Below are positions 12,375-25,100 of a stretch of 64,000 bases of DNA, piece after piece. This DNA is from Marsupella aquatica (Eukaryota; Plantae; Marchantiophyta), in NCBI GenBank assembly GCA_973895155.1, contig OZ316891.1, positions 25,791,899-25,855,898 on the forward strand, read 5' to 3'. A program made the position numbers and the translations under genes. The notes beneath the pieces are model-generated. The model was not told the DNA's origin and searched no databases. It saw nothing but the letters and a program-made list of their open reading frames with translations. Position 1 is the first letter of the stretch. Every line of letters starts with the position of its first letter.

Positions 12375-15300
12375 GTTCACGTTTTTTTATCAAAAGAGGA
12401 AGACTGCAAGAATTAGAGGGGAGTGGCCGAATGTGTTGAAATATCTACAAAAGAAGTACAAAACGTGGAGTGGCCGGAGTTGAAATGCCTTTCAAAGCAA
12501 GTACAGAACGTGGAGCAGGAAGGCACCTTCGAATACAACCGAAGCGTCAGCAATGGTTAGGCCCACTCTCATAGGAGTGCTTCCCACCGTCTAAAACAAA
12601 CTACATTTTCCCACCTTCTGAAACAAACTACACCTTCTACAAACGACGAATGATTTGGACCACTCTCATAGGATCTCTTTCCCGCGATCTGAAACAAACT
12701 ACATCTTTCGATTATGTTCCTGCCTCGAGAACGTCATTCAGCATAAAGAAAAAACTGTCATAGAAGGGCCCGCCGGTGAGGGGAAAGAAATCCTAGAAAC
12801 AAAGACTACATCCACCAGTCTGATGTTGTGGGTAATGATGAGGTGGCTCAGGCACATGCTGGATAGGCCCCGCCTTGCACCCTTCTTCCGGGAAATACGG
12901 AATAAGGACATAACTGAGGATGGTGAGATCCCCAGTGAACGGCTCAGACCTACCCAAGAAATTCGGGGAAGGGGGCAGGCCTGACAGGGTGGGCAAGGAT
13001 TTGGCAGGCGGGCTAATGAGTCTAAGTATAGACGCCTTTGGGACAAGCAAAGGTAAGTTGCTGTCTGGACCATGACACTGCCACCGCAATTTTAAGTGGC
13101 GTATCGCATCCTATCAACTTATTAGGACAATGACGCAAAGCAAGAGTGCTGCTCTGGTGCTAACAGAGTACGATATGAGACCAGGATATTCTCAAGGTCG
13201 GACAATCATGTCAGAACAATCAGAGAATTTACTTTGAATCGCCAAGTCTCCCTTGCTCGGTGAGATCTTGCCTAGCTTTTGGGGTCCTTCGATTCCTACA
13301 GCATTGTTGTTACATTGTCCTTCATATGGAGCTTTTGTCGGGTTACTGCCTTACTGGCCCCTCTTTTTCGGAATACTGTCCTTTAGGGGTCTATGGGATT
13401 GGCTTCTAGATTGGGTGTAAGGTGATTTTCGTTGAGACGAAGAATGGAAAAGAACAACAAACGAGTATTGTCCAGTGCCATAGCAATCGCAACAGTTAGT
13501 GAACCCAACCACGACGAACAGAAGACGGAAAAACTCAGTCACGGGTTTACTAGACGAGCGCGTGTTCTTGAAGTTCGTCTCGTATAATCAATCGCGTGTA
13601 AATAGGTGGGGAAAATGACTTTCTGCATAATCTTGACATATATCTGGAATGCTAGATTGTCGACGCTTAAAAGCACGAATCGAGAGATTTTGTGCCGAAT
13701 TAAACCCTAAACCCCCTGCGTTGACAGCCGTCCACGTTCAGGTAGTTCTCATATCGAGTGAATTGAAGTGTTTCAATAGTGGCTCACGAGATTTTCAGCT
13801 GAAGGTACCATATTCTTTGAAATAAATCTTCCCATTCATGATGTTGAGAACTTAACTGAGCTTTCCATCTAACAACTTTTCCTTAACTTCAACGCGTTTA
13901 CTCACAATTGTCCCCTAGTTTTTCTTCGACACAATGCTTTGTAGTAGGGATCGGAGCAGGAAAGAGAAACGAGCAATGAGGGCATGCTGTGAGGGCAATC
14001 GTTGTTTGTCAGCAAAATCCAAAACATCATTCCAGTGGGAAGATTCCTCCAGCTTTAGCTGCTGGTCCAAGTTGATTATAATCATCAGTCCAGGTTGCGA
14101 CTCTTTAAGTATCATGTAATTGAATAGCTTCAAAAAACTTCTTTGCCCATCGCTTGTTGGGGAACCATATCGTACCGTAATGCCCTTCGGGTTCGCAGTC
14201 GGTTGTACAGAATTTTGCTGCCCGGAAAATGGTACAATCAGAAGGTTTCTGGCTTCTAGATGCAACCTTTTAAGTCTTCAGATATCTGTTGAAATACTTG
14301 GTATTTTTTTTCGGCAATGCCTGTTTGGAATTTTCTGTTTCAAAATCCAAGTGATCAGGACATACCAAATCAAAGCCAGTTCTGCCTTCAATTCTTACTG
14401 AGCATTTGATTCATCACTGATACCATCCAAGATACCATCCAAGATGAACATGAGTCTGACAAGGGAGGTAAAGTTTGGATTTGTGTCTAGATAAATCCAT
14501 GAACAAAACGGTTGAAGGACTCTCCGCAGGTTCGCTATCACTCCAATTTTGCAAGATCTAGAAGTATTTTGGAATGCAGATCTACGCTTGCACTCAACCC
14601 ATCTCCAACAAAAACAAATTGATGATAAAGCTGGACAGGCCAGCGTGCTTGGAGCATATGAAGTAATTAAAAGATGCATGTGGAGAAGTGGCCAACGTCA
14701 CTAATTCAACGTTCGAAACATCTGAGATTGCAAGCCTGGTACTGACTTCATCATTCCATTGCAGATCCAGGGCCCCAATTGGGTTTCATCATGCACATTC
14801 TGTTCAATGACAGAGGAACGGGAGTCAAATCATCTGAATTGACCATGCTGCAGCGCTTACGGTGCTAGCTTTGAAATTAATAAAGTTTTTCTCAAAGTCT
14901 GTACATGTTGTAAGCGGTATTTGGCAGTTTTTTGGTGGATCGTCGTTTGACAAGAAAGATTAAGCTATCAAGAACTCCCGCGGAAGGAAATCCACGACAG
15001 AAAAAGAAGATCCGAGCACGGTATCAGAATAGAGGATGCAATGATGAAGGAGAAGAATGGCATTGAAAGAAGAGACACATCTCACCTCATAAGATCTCAT
15101 CGGATATGCCACACCTTCCCCCACCATCACAGCAGTTGGATCACTACGATTACCAGAGGGGGCATGTACTGTACTATCCAGGCACTCCATTGGAGCTGGG
15201 GGCAGCGTTCCAAATGGGGGGCAGCGTTCCAAATGGGTTCTTTACTGCTCTTAATAGTTTCTCTTGCTTCCAGGTCCTTATCTGTCCGACTCAGGGTCGT

Positions 15301-15407
15301 CATGAGCCCTCTCAGAGTTGAAACGTAGCTTCCTGTGAAGGCAATTGAGTTTTGATATGGCAGCGACAGAGGCACACGTGGATCCTCCAATGACCGGAAG
15401 CCTCAGC

Positions 15408-16071
15408 TCACCAACCCCATGTCCCGGGACCACCCTTCACCTTCCCTTCGATATCGCTAGTCATCCATCCGCCATAAAAGTCCCCTGGCTGCGGCTTGAC
15501 CAATTCTCCATCAACATAACAGTCCCACGGACTCGCATAGAAAGACAGAAATCCGGCAATGGGCTTGAAACCTTCGGTTGGTTCGTTGTAAGACCATATG
15601 CGGTCCTTCACTGTTTGGGTGGACCCATCCGGCAGGGAATGGGAAATTGAGTAATACGTTGCCGTTCCTTTCCATTCACAAAGTGACTTTCGTGGAGTTT
15701 TTGTGAGCGGCGTCAAAATCGAGGACGGGGGAAAGTAGTACGCTGGGAATACAGAAATCAGAGATTGTCCGTGAAATAAGAATCTACAGAATCGGAGATC
15801 AGAAATTGTCACTGAAATATGAATCTAATGGATCAAAATCCAAAATTACCTGTGAAATCGGAAATCAACAGAATTGGCCGTGAAAAATAAATCGTCAACA
15901 ACGACATGCCCGATACTTACTAGGAGGATGGGTGGTTTCCAACACCCAGAAGGCATCCTTCGTGTCCGCAATGAGCTGGCCGTGCCACTTGACTTGGAGA
16001 TGGCGGGGCGTTTTCTCCAGGAGAGGCGGACGGGGAAAGTTGTGGACATTGAGCTTCGGCTTTGGAGGCAT
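15408..16071 (-). CDS. DUF427 (NTP_transf_9) domain protein, about 161 aa; exons 16071-15921 and 15742-15408
   Basis: Spliced product MPPKPKLNVHNFPRPPLLEKTPRHLQV...VLETTHPP-T-YYFPP...CEWKGTATYY...WSY..P...GDFYGGW.TSDIEG.VKGGPGTWGW; phase-compatible A|gtaagt and cccag|cg sites. Confidence 0.88.
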
Positions 16072-17694
16072 CTCGAGAACAAGATTACACGCACCGAGAG
16101 AAAGTATGACGATTACAAAGAAAGGCAAGAGTACCCACAAACCCAATCGAGAAATGTGCATTGATAATTCTAACATTCCTGGGAGTGCATATAAAGCTCC
16201 TGAGCCTTTCTCCAGTGGCGCACCTAGGTCTAGGGGCAGCACGCGGCAGAAGATGATTGGTTAAATTCCGCCCCTTAGCCTTGGGGTGGTGCGTGGCAGC
16301 ACTTAGTTCGCAGAACTGGCGCCCATTGCGCCAAGAGGGCGAAAGGACTCATCCTCCTTCCGAATTGTTTGCAGATATGTCTGGCAAGGCAAACATTCTG
16401 GCTTACTTATAAATCGCCTCAAGATAGACATGGAGAAGGCAGAGAAGATTGAGTTAGTGGAAAAGTGGTGACGAAGATATGATCGAAGATCAAGCTTCTC
16501 TTGGAAGCATTCAAAGGAGGTAAAGACAACGAAGAACCCTAGCAAAGATTCACCACTCTGGCAGCATTTTGAGGTCAAAACAGAAAAGGTAGGAGACTAA
16601 TTTTCGCAGTTCTGAGGGACGCACTTTGGCTGTCAATAAGAGGGGAGCAATCAATCCTGTGCGCTACAGAAAAGCATCCTTGAATCGTTTTGTTACCTCA
16701 CCTCTGGCCCAATCTTATTCCATGAAGAAGTACAACTTCCGTAAATATGCACAAAATGTCTGTTTGAGACAAATAGATGGCTTCTCTTGGGAAAGCTATT
16801 TTATACCATAGTTCCCGTAGGAGCGCTACGAATTGATCACTCTACCTCTTGACAACTTTTAGGAAATCCGTAGTACTGCTGTGGTCACTGGCACACTAGT
16901 TTGATCATACAGGGTAAGATGGCCTCCAAGCAATGTGACCTTTCTTTCTGTCTGCCTTCTCGTCATTCGCATTCCCCTCCAATACACTTGTGTCATCTCT
17001 CTGCTTTACCTTCCCGTTGGCGGTCCTCTGCTGCAGAGGGATACGTTTTCCGTTTCCAGCTGGAATCCTGCCAAGTTCTCTCTTCCTGTTAAAATAAGAT
17101 TACCCCCAATTGTACAACGTTAGAGAAGCTCCTTCGGCGTAGCTTTACATCCCCAAGGAAAACTCGTCAATCATACTTTGAGACAACCACACCAAGCAAC
17201 ATTATCAATTCCGATGATCTCCGCAAAATGGTAAAATTATTTTGCTCACTGAGACTTGCATCTGATGGGGAACGACAACCTCTCGTTAATGTTTTTTTTA
17301 TTCATGAGGTTCAGTGTTGGAGTTGACGAGTGAAAAGAGGGAAGAGTGAGAGATCGCCAGGACTAAATGAAATCTTCCAGAGAATCCAAGAGTAAGTGCA
17401 AAAATGTGAAATTTGAATGCATTCGATACATACTGTTTTGTTTCGTCCATTGCAATCATTAGCGACCTTGAAAGATGACAAGATTTCCTTCTTACACAAG
17501 ATTGCCAGAAGGAAAGGGGGTGGGGGGGGGGGGTGGGAGGGGGGGGGGGGCGCTAATACCATTGAAGCAGTGAATAAGTAAAGAAGCCTAAATAATATTC
17601 AACCTAAATCAAAAATAGACTGAGACACATGTATTGCTGATTGAGTTCCAAAGCTGGTTAACGAAATTGTTCCAAGTTAGGGCTGAACTGGAAA

Positions 17695-19263
17695 CTACTT
17701 GGAAGTTGCGCTCTCTATCACAGAGAGACAGGTCCCTCCCCTCTTCGTTTTGGGTCTGCTCCTTCTGCTGAATTCGAGGACTCTGATTCTCTCTTTGGCA
17801 CGCCGGACTTCGGACATCAGCTGGTTTACAGTAACCAGAGCTCCACCCCGCTGGCATTCACTGGCTGCCAGCAGCTGTTTAGTCTCGTCCAGCTTTCTTT
17901 TAAGAATCTCTGTGTCTTTGGTGAGTTTTTCATGCTCCTCCAGCTTCCTCACTATATCTCGATCCCATATGAAACTAGTTCTGTCGAGCTGTCCCCTCAG
18001 CGGACGAGGGGTGCTGAATAAACTTGAGCGAGCGCTGGTGCCCCGACTGCTGTTGTTTCTCATCAGGTCAATGATGTGGGTGTTCAATGATTGAAGAGCA
18101 TCTTGAAGAAGTTGAGCTTGTCTCTTTGTCTCAGTATAATTGGCACATAACTGGCACGTTGATGGAGGCCTGGGAGCAGGGCATGAGATATCTCTCTTTT
18201 TCATCTCTTCTTTTTGGAGTAGTCCTTCTTTCACCTGAAATGATGAAGAAGTCGTGTCATAGAAACATCTCGGTGTGTCTCCCAGCTTGCCAACTTGTAT
18301 ACCACCAAGTCACATTGCTGTCATTATCAACATTTGAGGTGCAAATTTCATTCAAGCATTCGGCCTCAGTCAGCCCTCTCAAAGCATACGTAGTTGAGGC
18401 TCAGTTTTGGCTTCCCACGAAAGCGTCTACAAGAAAGTTGCATTTTTCGATTTAATCTATTCGCAATTTTAGGGCAGCCCAAGAGGGAAAGGTGGGAACC
18501 TATTGGATCTTCTGTGATTTCAATTGTGAGTTGGCATTCAACAAGATATATTGACAAGACAACCTTGTGAGTCCCAGATTTCTGAAGAGGGCACCAGAGA
18601 ATGGAACATGCCCTGCCTCAAGTAGAAAACGGAGACTATCGCTGCCACCAAAGTTTTCCGAGGTTATGAGGCACCTCACTTGCTTAGAGAGCATGAGTGA
18701 CTCTGAGTGGGATTTCACAACGGAACTTACTTTCGAAGAGAGAGGTTCCCTGTGGAGCTCAGATGATCCCAAGGTAGCCAACCCATTAGTCACATATTCA
18801 AGTCAGTAATCGGAAGGGGCCAATCAAGAAGTATAAAGGTATAGAAGATTTGGAAGGAGAGCAGACCCAACTGTCTCCTGGAGTGATTTGATGAGTTCGT
18901 TCTTCTGATTGACCTCCTCCCTCAAGCCCTTCATGACCCTGTTCGAAAATGTGGCCACCTTAACAAAGAAGCACCAGACACCAAGTGTTAGCCATTTTTC
19001 TTAGAGAAAATACAGTGAGGTTCTATAATTCGAATTGCATTGTATTTGAATATGACGACTACCTTTATCAGACGCCCCAGGTGCTTCCTCAACAAGTTTC
19101 GCTCTAGATTGGCAGTCTCATCAGGTTCCAAATTGTCCAGTTCTTCCAACATGATTGCAATGGTTGTCCCAATTGTCTCATTATTGGTTTGCCGTTCTTG
19201 AAGTTTCGAGTCATCTTTGTCACCCACACGATTCACATCAAAGCGTCCGACTGGCTGGTACAT
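17695..19263 (-). CDS. Coiled-coil exons, CEP290-related (gene fragment or pseudogene)
   Basis: Minus-strand splice sites (AAG|gtagtc at 19062, ttaag|GTG at 18958, atttcag|GTG at 18234); peptides VATFSNRVMKGLREEVNQKNELIKSLQ and PRPLRGQLD...LKRKLDETKQLLAASE...VNQL resemble my recollection of the CEP290 mid-region; full model not resolved. Confidence 0.45.
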
Positions 19264-21407
19264 TGCACTTTACTCAGATCCTGGTCCAAACCCAATCCCA
19301 ATCCCAATCCCAATCCCATTTCAGAGCAGCCCTTGACCATCGATTGGCAGTATGTAATGCAGACAGCAACTGCCATAAACGTGACCTCGGACTTGACCTA
19401 CACGCGCAAGATGCAATTTCACGGATTCACAGACAACGACCACTTTCCAATGCCATGAAGCTGACCAAGAGGCCTATGAACAAAGGGGGTTAAAGCTTAT
19501 TGGAGTATGGCACTAATGCCTTTCTACAGGACAACATGAGGCATGTAATTGACAAGCCTCTATTGTTGCAGCAGATACAGTTGCAGGTAAGTGGATAGGC
19601 ACAGGCAGGTGCTGGTGAATCGAGTAGGTTTACTAGATTTAGTCGCTCGGAACAATAGACCCCATGTACTAGTTTCAGATGTACTCTAAAAATCCACGTA
19701 GATTGAGGAATGAGATAGGTTTAGGACCCCAGTGCGAAACCTAGTCAGGGCAAGCTAGTCTGAGGATACAGCAGGCAGTTAGGGGTTACCAGTCATAAAC
19801 AAGCAAGGTAGGCCCTCTTCCCCTCTTCTTTTCCTCTGCGATTCTTCCTCAATCCCTTCGTTAATTCTTAGTTCCGGGACTGGGAAAATGATCACAGATG
19901 TTCAGCAGTGTCCGTGGCCAGACAGAACTCCCTCACCAAAGATCAGGCTGATATCTAAATCAGGTCCTCAATCCACCTAATTCTTGGAATTTCATGGATT
20001 TCTGCGTATGGTGCAGAGAAATGCCTCCAAGCTTTTAATTTTATAGGCTAGGATGAGGGCTGGGCACCACTCTCATGCGAATTGTACCTCACAAACATTC
20101 CTATTGTGATGGAAAGGGCAAGAAGCAGGTTGGTTGACACTGTGCTCAATGTCAACGGGAATAAATCAGGTCTCGTACGAAGTTATGTTTCTGGCCATCG
20201 TTCCTCCCCGGCCACTAATCCGAGTCTCTCAAAATAGATTGGATAGAGAAAATACAACGTCTGTCCAATTGCATTAATCCATACACGTCCCATTTTTCTT
20301 GAGGGTTCGGGATGAGCTCTCATTTCCGTCTCCATTTGAAGTTCAAATACTAGTAAATATCATTATTCCCAAACTCCCCAACCCCTGAATGCAGCCGAAC
20401 CGTCCGACCAAGCCGGAATGTGTGTATAATTCTTTTGAATGCTTCTCTTCTTTAGAAGAAGAAGACTCAAATGGCTGCACTAAACAGGATTGATTCTTTG
20501 ATCGATGCCTACAGGTGTTTGTGTTATCAGCCGTTCCTTCAGATGACAAACTACTGTAGGTTCCCGTCCTGAATATAAATCTGATTTATAGGTTTGTCCT
20601 GATTGTCCTAAACTGATTGATGGGATTGCAGTTTGGGCATAATGCCCTAGGCCGAGATATATTCATGTCAAAATTACATATTCCGGGAGTTATGAACACA
20701 CATTCAGATCTGAAATGCTAAACCGTCTACTTTGTGACTGTCACTAAGATAAACGATTGTGAGGCCATCGAAATTAGTTTTTCGCATTCAGTTGGGCCTC
20801 GTCAGAAACGTGCCGCTGAGGAAGTCCCAGTGCCTTCAATCTTAGGATATGGCTGCATACATGTTGATCTTCGACCGTCCTCAGGCGCAAAATCCTTTGA
20901 AAACTGTAATCTGGACCAAAATGTGAATTTATGACCTGTCTACAGAGCTACGAGATCATGCCTTGGATGGGGCATGGGGAAGAAATTAGTTTCCTTGCGC
21001 TCTGCATCTTGACATCTCCTTTTCAAGATCTGAAGGCTATGATTTGAAGATTGTTCAGATCGGCCCTCTCGGAGGCACATTACATATATTTTGCCAATCA
21101 AAACGGCATTCAAACTCCTCCATAGCTAGAGAGTACATGTACCTAAATCAATCCATAGCTAAAGTTTGTGATCTTCAAAGAGCGACTCCTCAACAGGAAA
21201 GTTTGATGTCATTGAACTAGGCAAGCGGAGCTCTGTTCTTTGGGAATCGTTGCTTGCTGGAAAAATGACTGTCACCAAGGCCATGGATGCCAAAATGGAG
21301 ATGGTTCAATTTCTTTTAAAGCTACAAAATGAATCGAGCCATGAAAATCTTGCCTAGAGACAACTACAGGAAATCTTGTAAGGGTCGTGGTAAATTCTAG
21401 ATCTAAA

Positions 21408-21938
21408 ATGTCTACATCAAAATCAACTCAAGGAAGCTCGCCAAGGACGGATGAATACGGATTCACCCCAAGATCAGATTCATCCATAGAAGGTGGTAAT
21501 CCAAGGACGGCCAAAAGAATGATGATGACCTCTACCCCTGGATCTAGTCATGGGGTCTCCCCGAGGACGAGTTCATCGTCTGCTCAAGAGGGTGGTAGAA
21601 GTCAGGGCCAGAGATCAGAGGAACTGAAGGAGAGCATTACAACTGAGTCCACTAAGAACTCCTCCGCCTCCGTAGACCTTTCCACAAAAGCAATTTCTTT
21701 GGGAGAGGTGGAAGAGCCTGCCTCGTTGATAGAAGAGGAGGTGGAGGAGGGGGAGGGATCCACGTTGCTGAACGATGACAAATATCTTGCTGAGAATCTT
21801 GACAGTGTCCTGGATGGATTTGAGATTTACGATCAACGAGAAAGAGAAGAAATTCGGAAGAGTCTTAAAGATGAAAGAGAAAGTAACGAAGCCTATGAGG
21901 TGGTTGAAAAGGCCAGTTGTTCAACTCTTTCTCATTGA
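21408..21938 (+). CDS. Ser/Glu-rich ORF; possible recruited first exon of the CEP290-like gene
   Basis: Open ~177 codons from ATG; TAT GAG|gtggtt near 21899 would be in phase with the 22162 acceptor; no recognisable domain. Confidence 0.3.
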   Translation: MSTSKSTQGSSPRTDEYGFTPRSDSSIEGGNPRTAKRMMMTSTPGSSHGVSPRTSSSSAQEGGRSQGQRSEELKESITTESTKNSSASVDLSTKAISLGEVEEPASLIEEEVEEGEGSTLLNDDKYLAENLDSVLDGFEIYDQREREEIRKSLKDERESNEAYEVVEKASCSTLSH

Positions 21939-22161
21939 TACAAAAGTTTGAGCGCATGAAGGTTCTTCAGAAACTGGTAGCTACATTTCATGTCGTTACA
22001 ACTGGACAGTGGTACAATCACTTTGAGAAGGAAGTTAAAAATCATAAATGTTGCCCTTATTGACATACCAAAAATTGATTGACAATATTCTTTGATCTCA
22101 AATTTGGTATGCTAAAGGACTATTTGTTGTGAGCAGCTCACGGGGTTATTTTGTGTACCAG

Positions 22162-25100
22162 GTGACGAATGTTGCACAATCAAGTTTGAAGCGGCTGCAA
22201 CGTGTGGTCAAAGAAAAGGATGAATTAATTGTGGCACTGCAAGAGGCAGTTGCATCTGCATACAGGGATGCTGTGGCACAACAAGAGCGTGACCAGAAAG
22301 GTTTGGAGCAATTGCACCAAACGTTCCTCACACGCGATGGCCAGAAGGTCTTGGATGTCAAAGACTCTTTGCAGGTGAATGTCCCCTCACCTTGGTCCAC
22401 CATCTTCCTGCTTGTGGCGTCATTGAGGTTGGAAGCGACAGATATGAGGCGAGTCTCATGCCCTAATCAAGCTATGTAGTTCTTCACACAGAACAGAACT
22501 ATACCCTCTGAAGTGGATCCACTTTTATGGTAGCTGTACAGGGCAGCAGACTGGACAGTCCAACACATCTTAGGTTGTGAATGTTCTATCTGGAGTTTAT
22601 GGCTTCCCAGGAAAGCCTTCAATGTCGCTCACTTCAGCTATAAAGAGACTCATTTTGCATATCTGATTATCGTGGATGGCATTCCATAAATCTATGCTCC
22701 TGGGTATCATTTCACTTCTAGGAAGTAAGGAAACACCATGGAGTTGATCAAATGGTGTGCTTGGATTGCAGCAACTCGAACGAGGGGATGGATTGGCAGG
22801 GCAAATCGCAAAGCTCTTTGATCAATACTTGCATGAACTGTCCATGCAACATGATGACCATAACGCAGAGTTGGAGAGGAATTTGGCTTCATGGAAAAGT
22901 CGGTTAGTAACTTAAGCCATATACTCTCTTTGACTTTCTGGAAGGCTAGAACCGCTGTCTAAACTTCACAATCAGTAGAGGCTGTTGAAGCAGTTTTTGG
23001 TCACCTTCCTCACAATGTAGTAGTGACAAGCATCAGGTCGGTAAAGCAGACCCGATTGATGCTTCTCCCATTTGACACGTCGTTTCAGATGCGAGTACTT
23101 GGAAACCAGCTTGGGGCTCGAGAAACAGCATTGGCAATCTCATCTTAGTACCAAATTAACGAATACCGTAAGTTTACAGTTCTGGATATCAGTCTAATTG
23201 ATTTCCTATATATCAGACTTCTTGGTATGAGCTTACAGTTCAGGATATTGCCTGACCTTAGAGCTTACTTTCACAAGATACATTCCTTAGATATGACAGC
23301 GTGTAAGATCAACGACATTTATCTCCACAATGAAATCAATATCCAGTCTCTTGAATTTAGGTGGCACTACAAGAGAACTTCCTGGTGAACCCTTTCACCC
23401 GGGACATAGTAAACTCAGACATTTTAAGAGATGTTGTCAATGTTTAGGAGTGATCAGGTACTTGATTGGGAGCGAGTAACAGACGAATTGCAGATTTCTC
23501 AAGGCATGGTCACAAAACTCAAGGAAATACTTGGTAAGAACTTCCACGTCAAGACGACGCACACAAAAATTCTCGAAGATTGTGCTGTAGAAAAATTATT
23601 ACAATCTCTTTGTGCACCATAAATCTTAGAAACAAAGCTAGAACAGGCAAACAGACAGGACACCATCCACGAGGGGATTCCACTAAATTTACTGTACATT
23701 ACTCCCAACAACGAGCTCTGGGTGGACTTCAACTCACCTGCATGATACAAATCTAACTGGCTTCTTAGTAAAATTTCTGTTCGTAAAATTCCATATACTT
23801 TTGACAATTTAATATGTTGATTTGCTCGAAGCCTATTTGTTGGGTGCCTGCTTGGGTCATATAGAGGAGAAGGATGAACAACTTCGTATTTACAGGGAAT
23901 CTGTGGAAACCTTGGAAAGTTTGCTGGATGAGGAGAAAGAAAGGCAGACAGACCTGGCACAAGGTTATCAGCAGATAACAATAGACACTCGCCAAACTTT
24001 AAGCAAAGTGAGTGCAGTGAACAAGCAACTGCGGGTGCTGAAGACTGACGCGTCCAAGTATCAAATGCAGGGCAATACAAGCGATCTTGAGGTAGCATGA
24101 CACCGTATCATCCTTTAGCAAAACCGAACACATACATCATTATCTACTGGTAGACTTGTGCGCAGAAAGTTGTGATAAAGTCTCAAGTGATCAATTAGTT
24201 CAAATCATGCATTGTAGTATGACTCTAGCTCTCACATTATCAAATCATGTCAAATTGTTCAGGTCATGCAAGTCCTGGTGTAAAAATCGTTTAAAGTTCA
24301 GTTGTTGGAAGAAATCTTCTTATCATTTGCTCGTGCAAATTCAGGTCAAACAACTCCAGAAGACGGTGGAACAGCTAAATGGTATGAACCATAAGCTGGC
24401 AGTGGAGCTTGCTGCATACAGAAAGAAGACATCAAAAAGATCCAAAGAAACCGAATGCAAGGGATGCGAGAATCTGATTGAAATGCAGAAGCAGGTGCAG
24501 CTTCTTCGAGGTTGTATTTCACCACTAGTAGCTCAAGTCTTAGAGCTGAAGGACCGACTCCACGTGTCAGGAGCAGAAGAAGATCGGTCAAGTGATGCTG
24601 CTCTGAAAGATGAAACGGATACTACTGATTTCGATCTCAACCATACTCAAGAACTCGGCCCATCAAGTGACTTAGATACTCATTGTAATCAGAATAACGA
24701 AATGAGCTCCGGAGCCGCCCAGCTGACAGAATCCCCCCGGACCTTCGTTGAGAACACACTGAGATTAGTAGAAAGCGACACCAAAAAGAAGCTAGAAGGG
24801 CATGCAAATGTAACCAGGAAGATGGAAATGTTACAAAGAAAATTAGAAACTTGCAAGCAGGCAATGGGAAAAAGAGACTTGGAGATCAGCAGATTTGGAG
24901 CTACAATTGAACACTTGAGGTATGAGCTTAGGAAATCTCAAGAGACAAATAGAGAGCTTGAAGCAAAACTGCGCAAAAAGGTGGAGAACAGGAAAAAGAT
25001 ACCTACTGATTGTATGAGAATCAAAGGCCTTTTAGGGAATATAGAGATGCTGGAGATGGAGAGCACATTGTTAAAGCATGAAGTGATGATTCAAAAGGAG

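Noticed and set aside
15895-16242. Extended hydrophobic N-terminus for the DUF427 protein (ATG near 16161)
   Set aside because: Family similarity starts at MPPKPK (16071); the extension cannot be supported without transcript data
20000-21360. LINE/LTR retrotransposon remnant
   Set aside because: No RT, endonuclease, integrase or gag motif recognisable by eye; left unannotated
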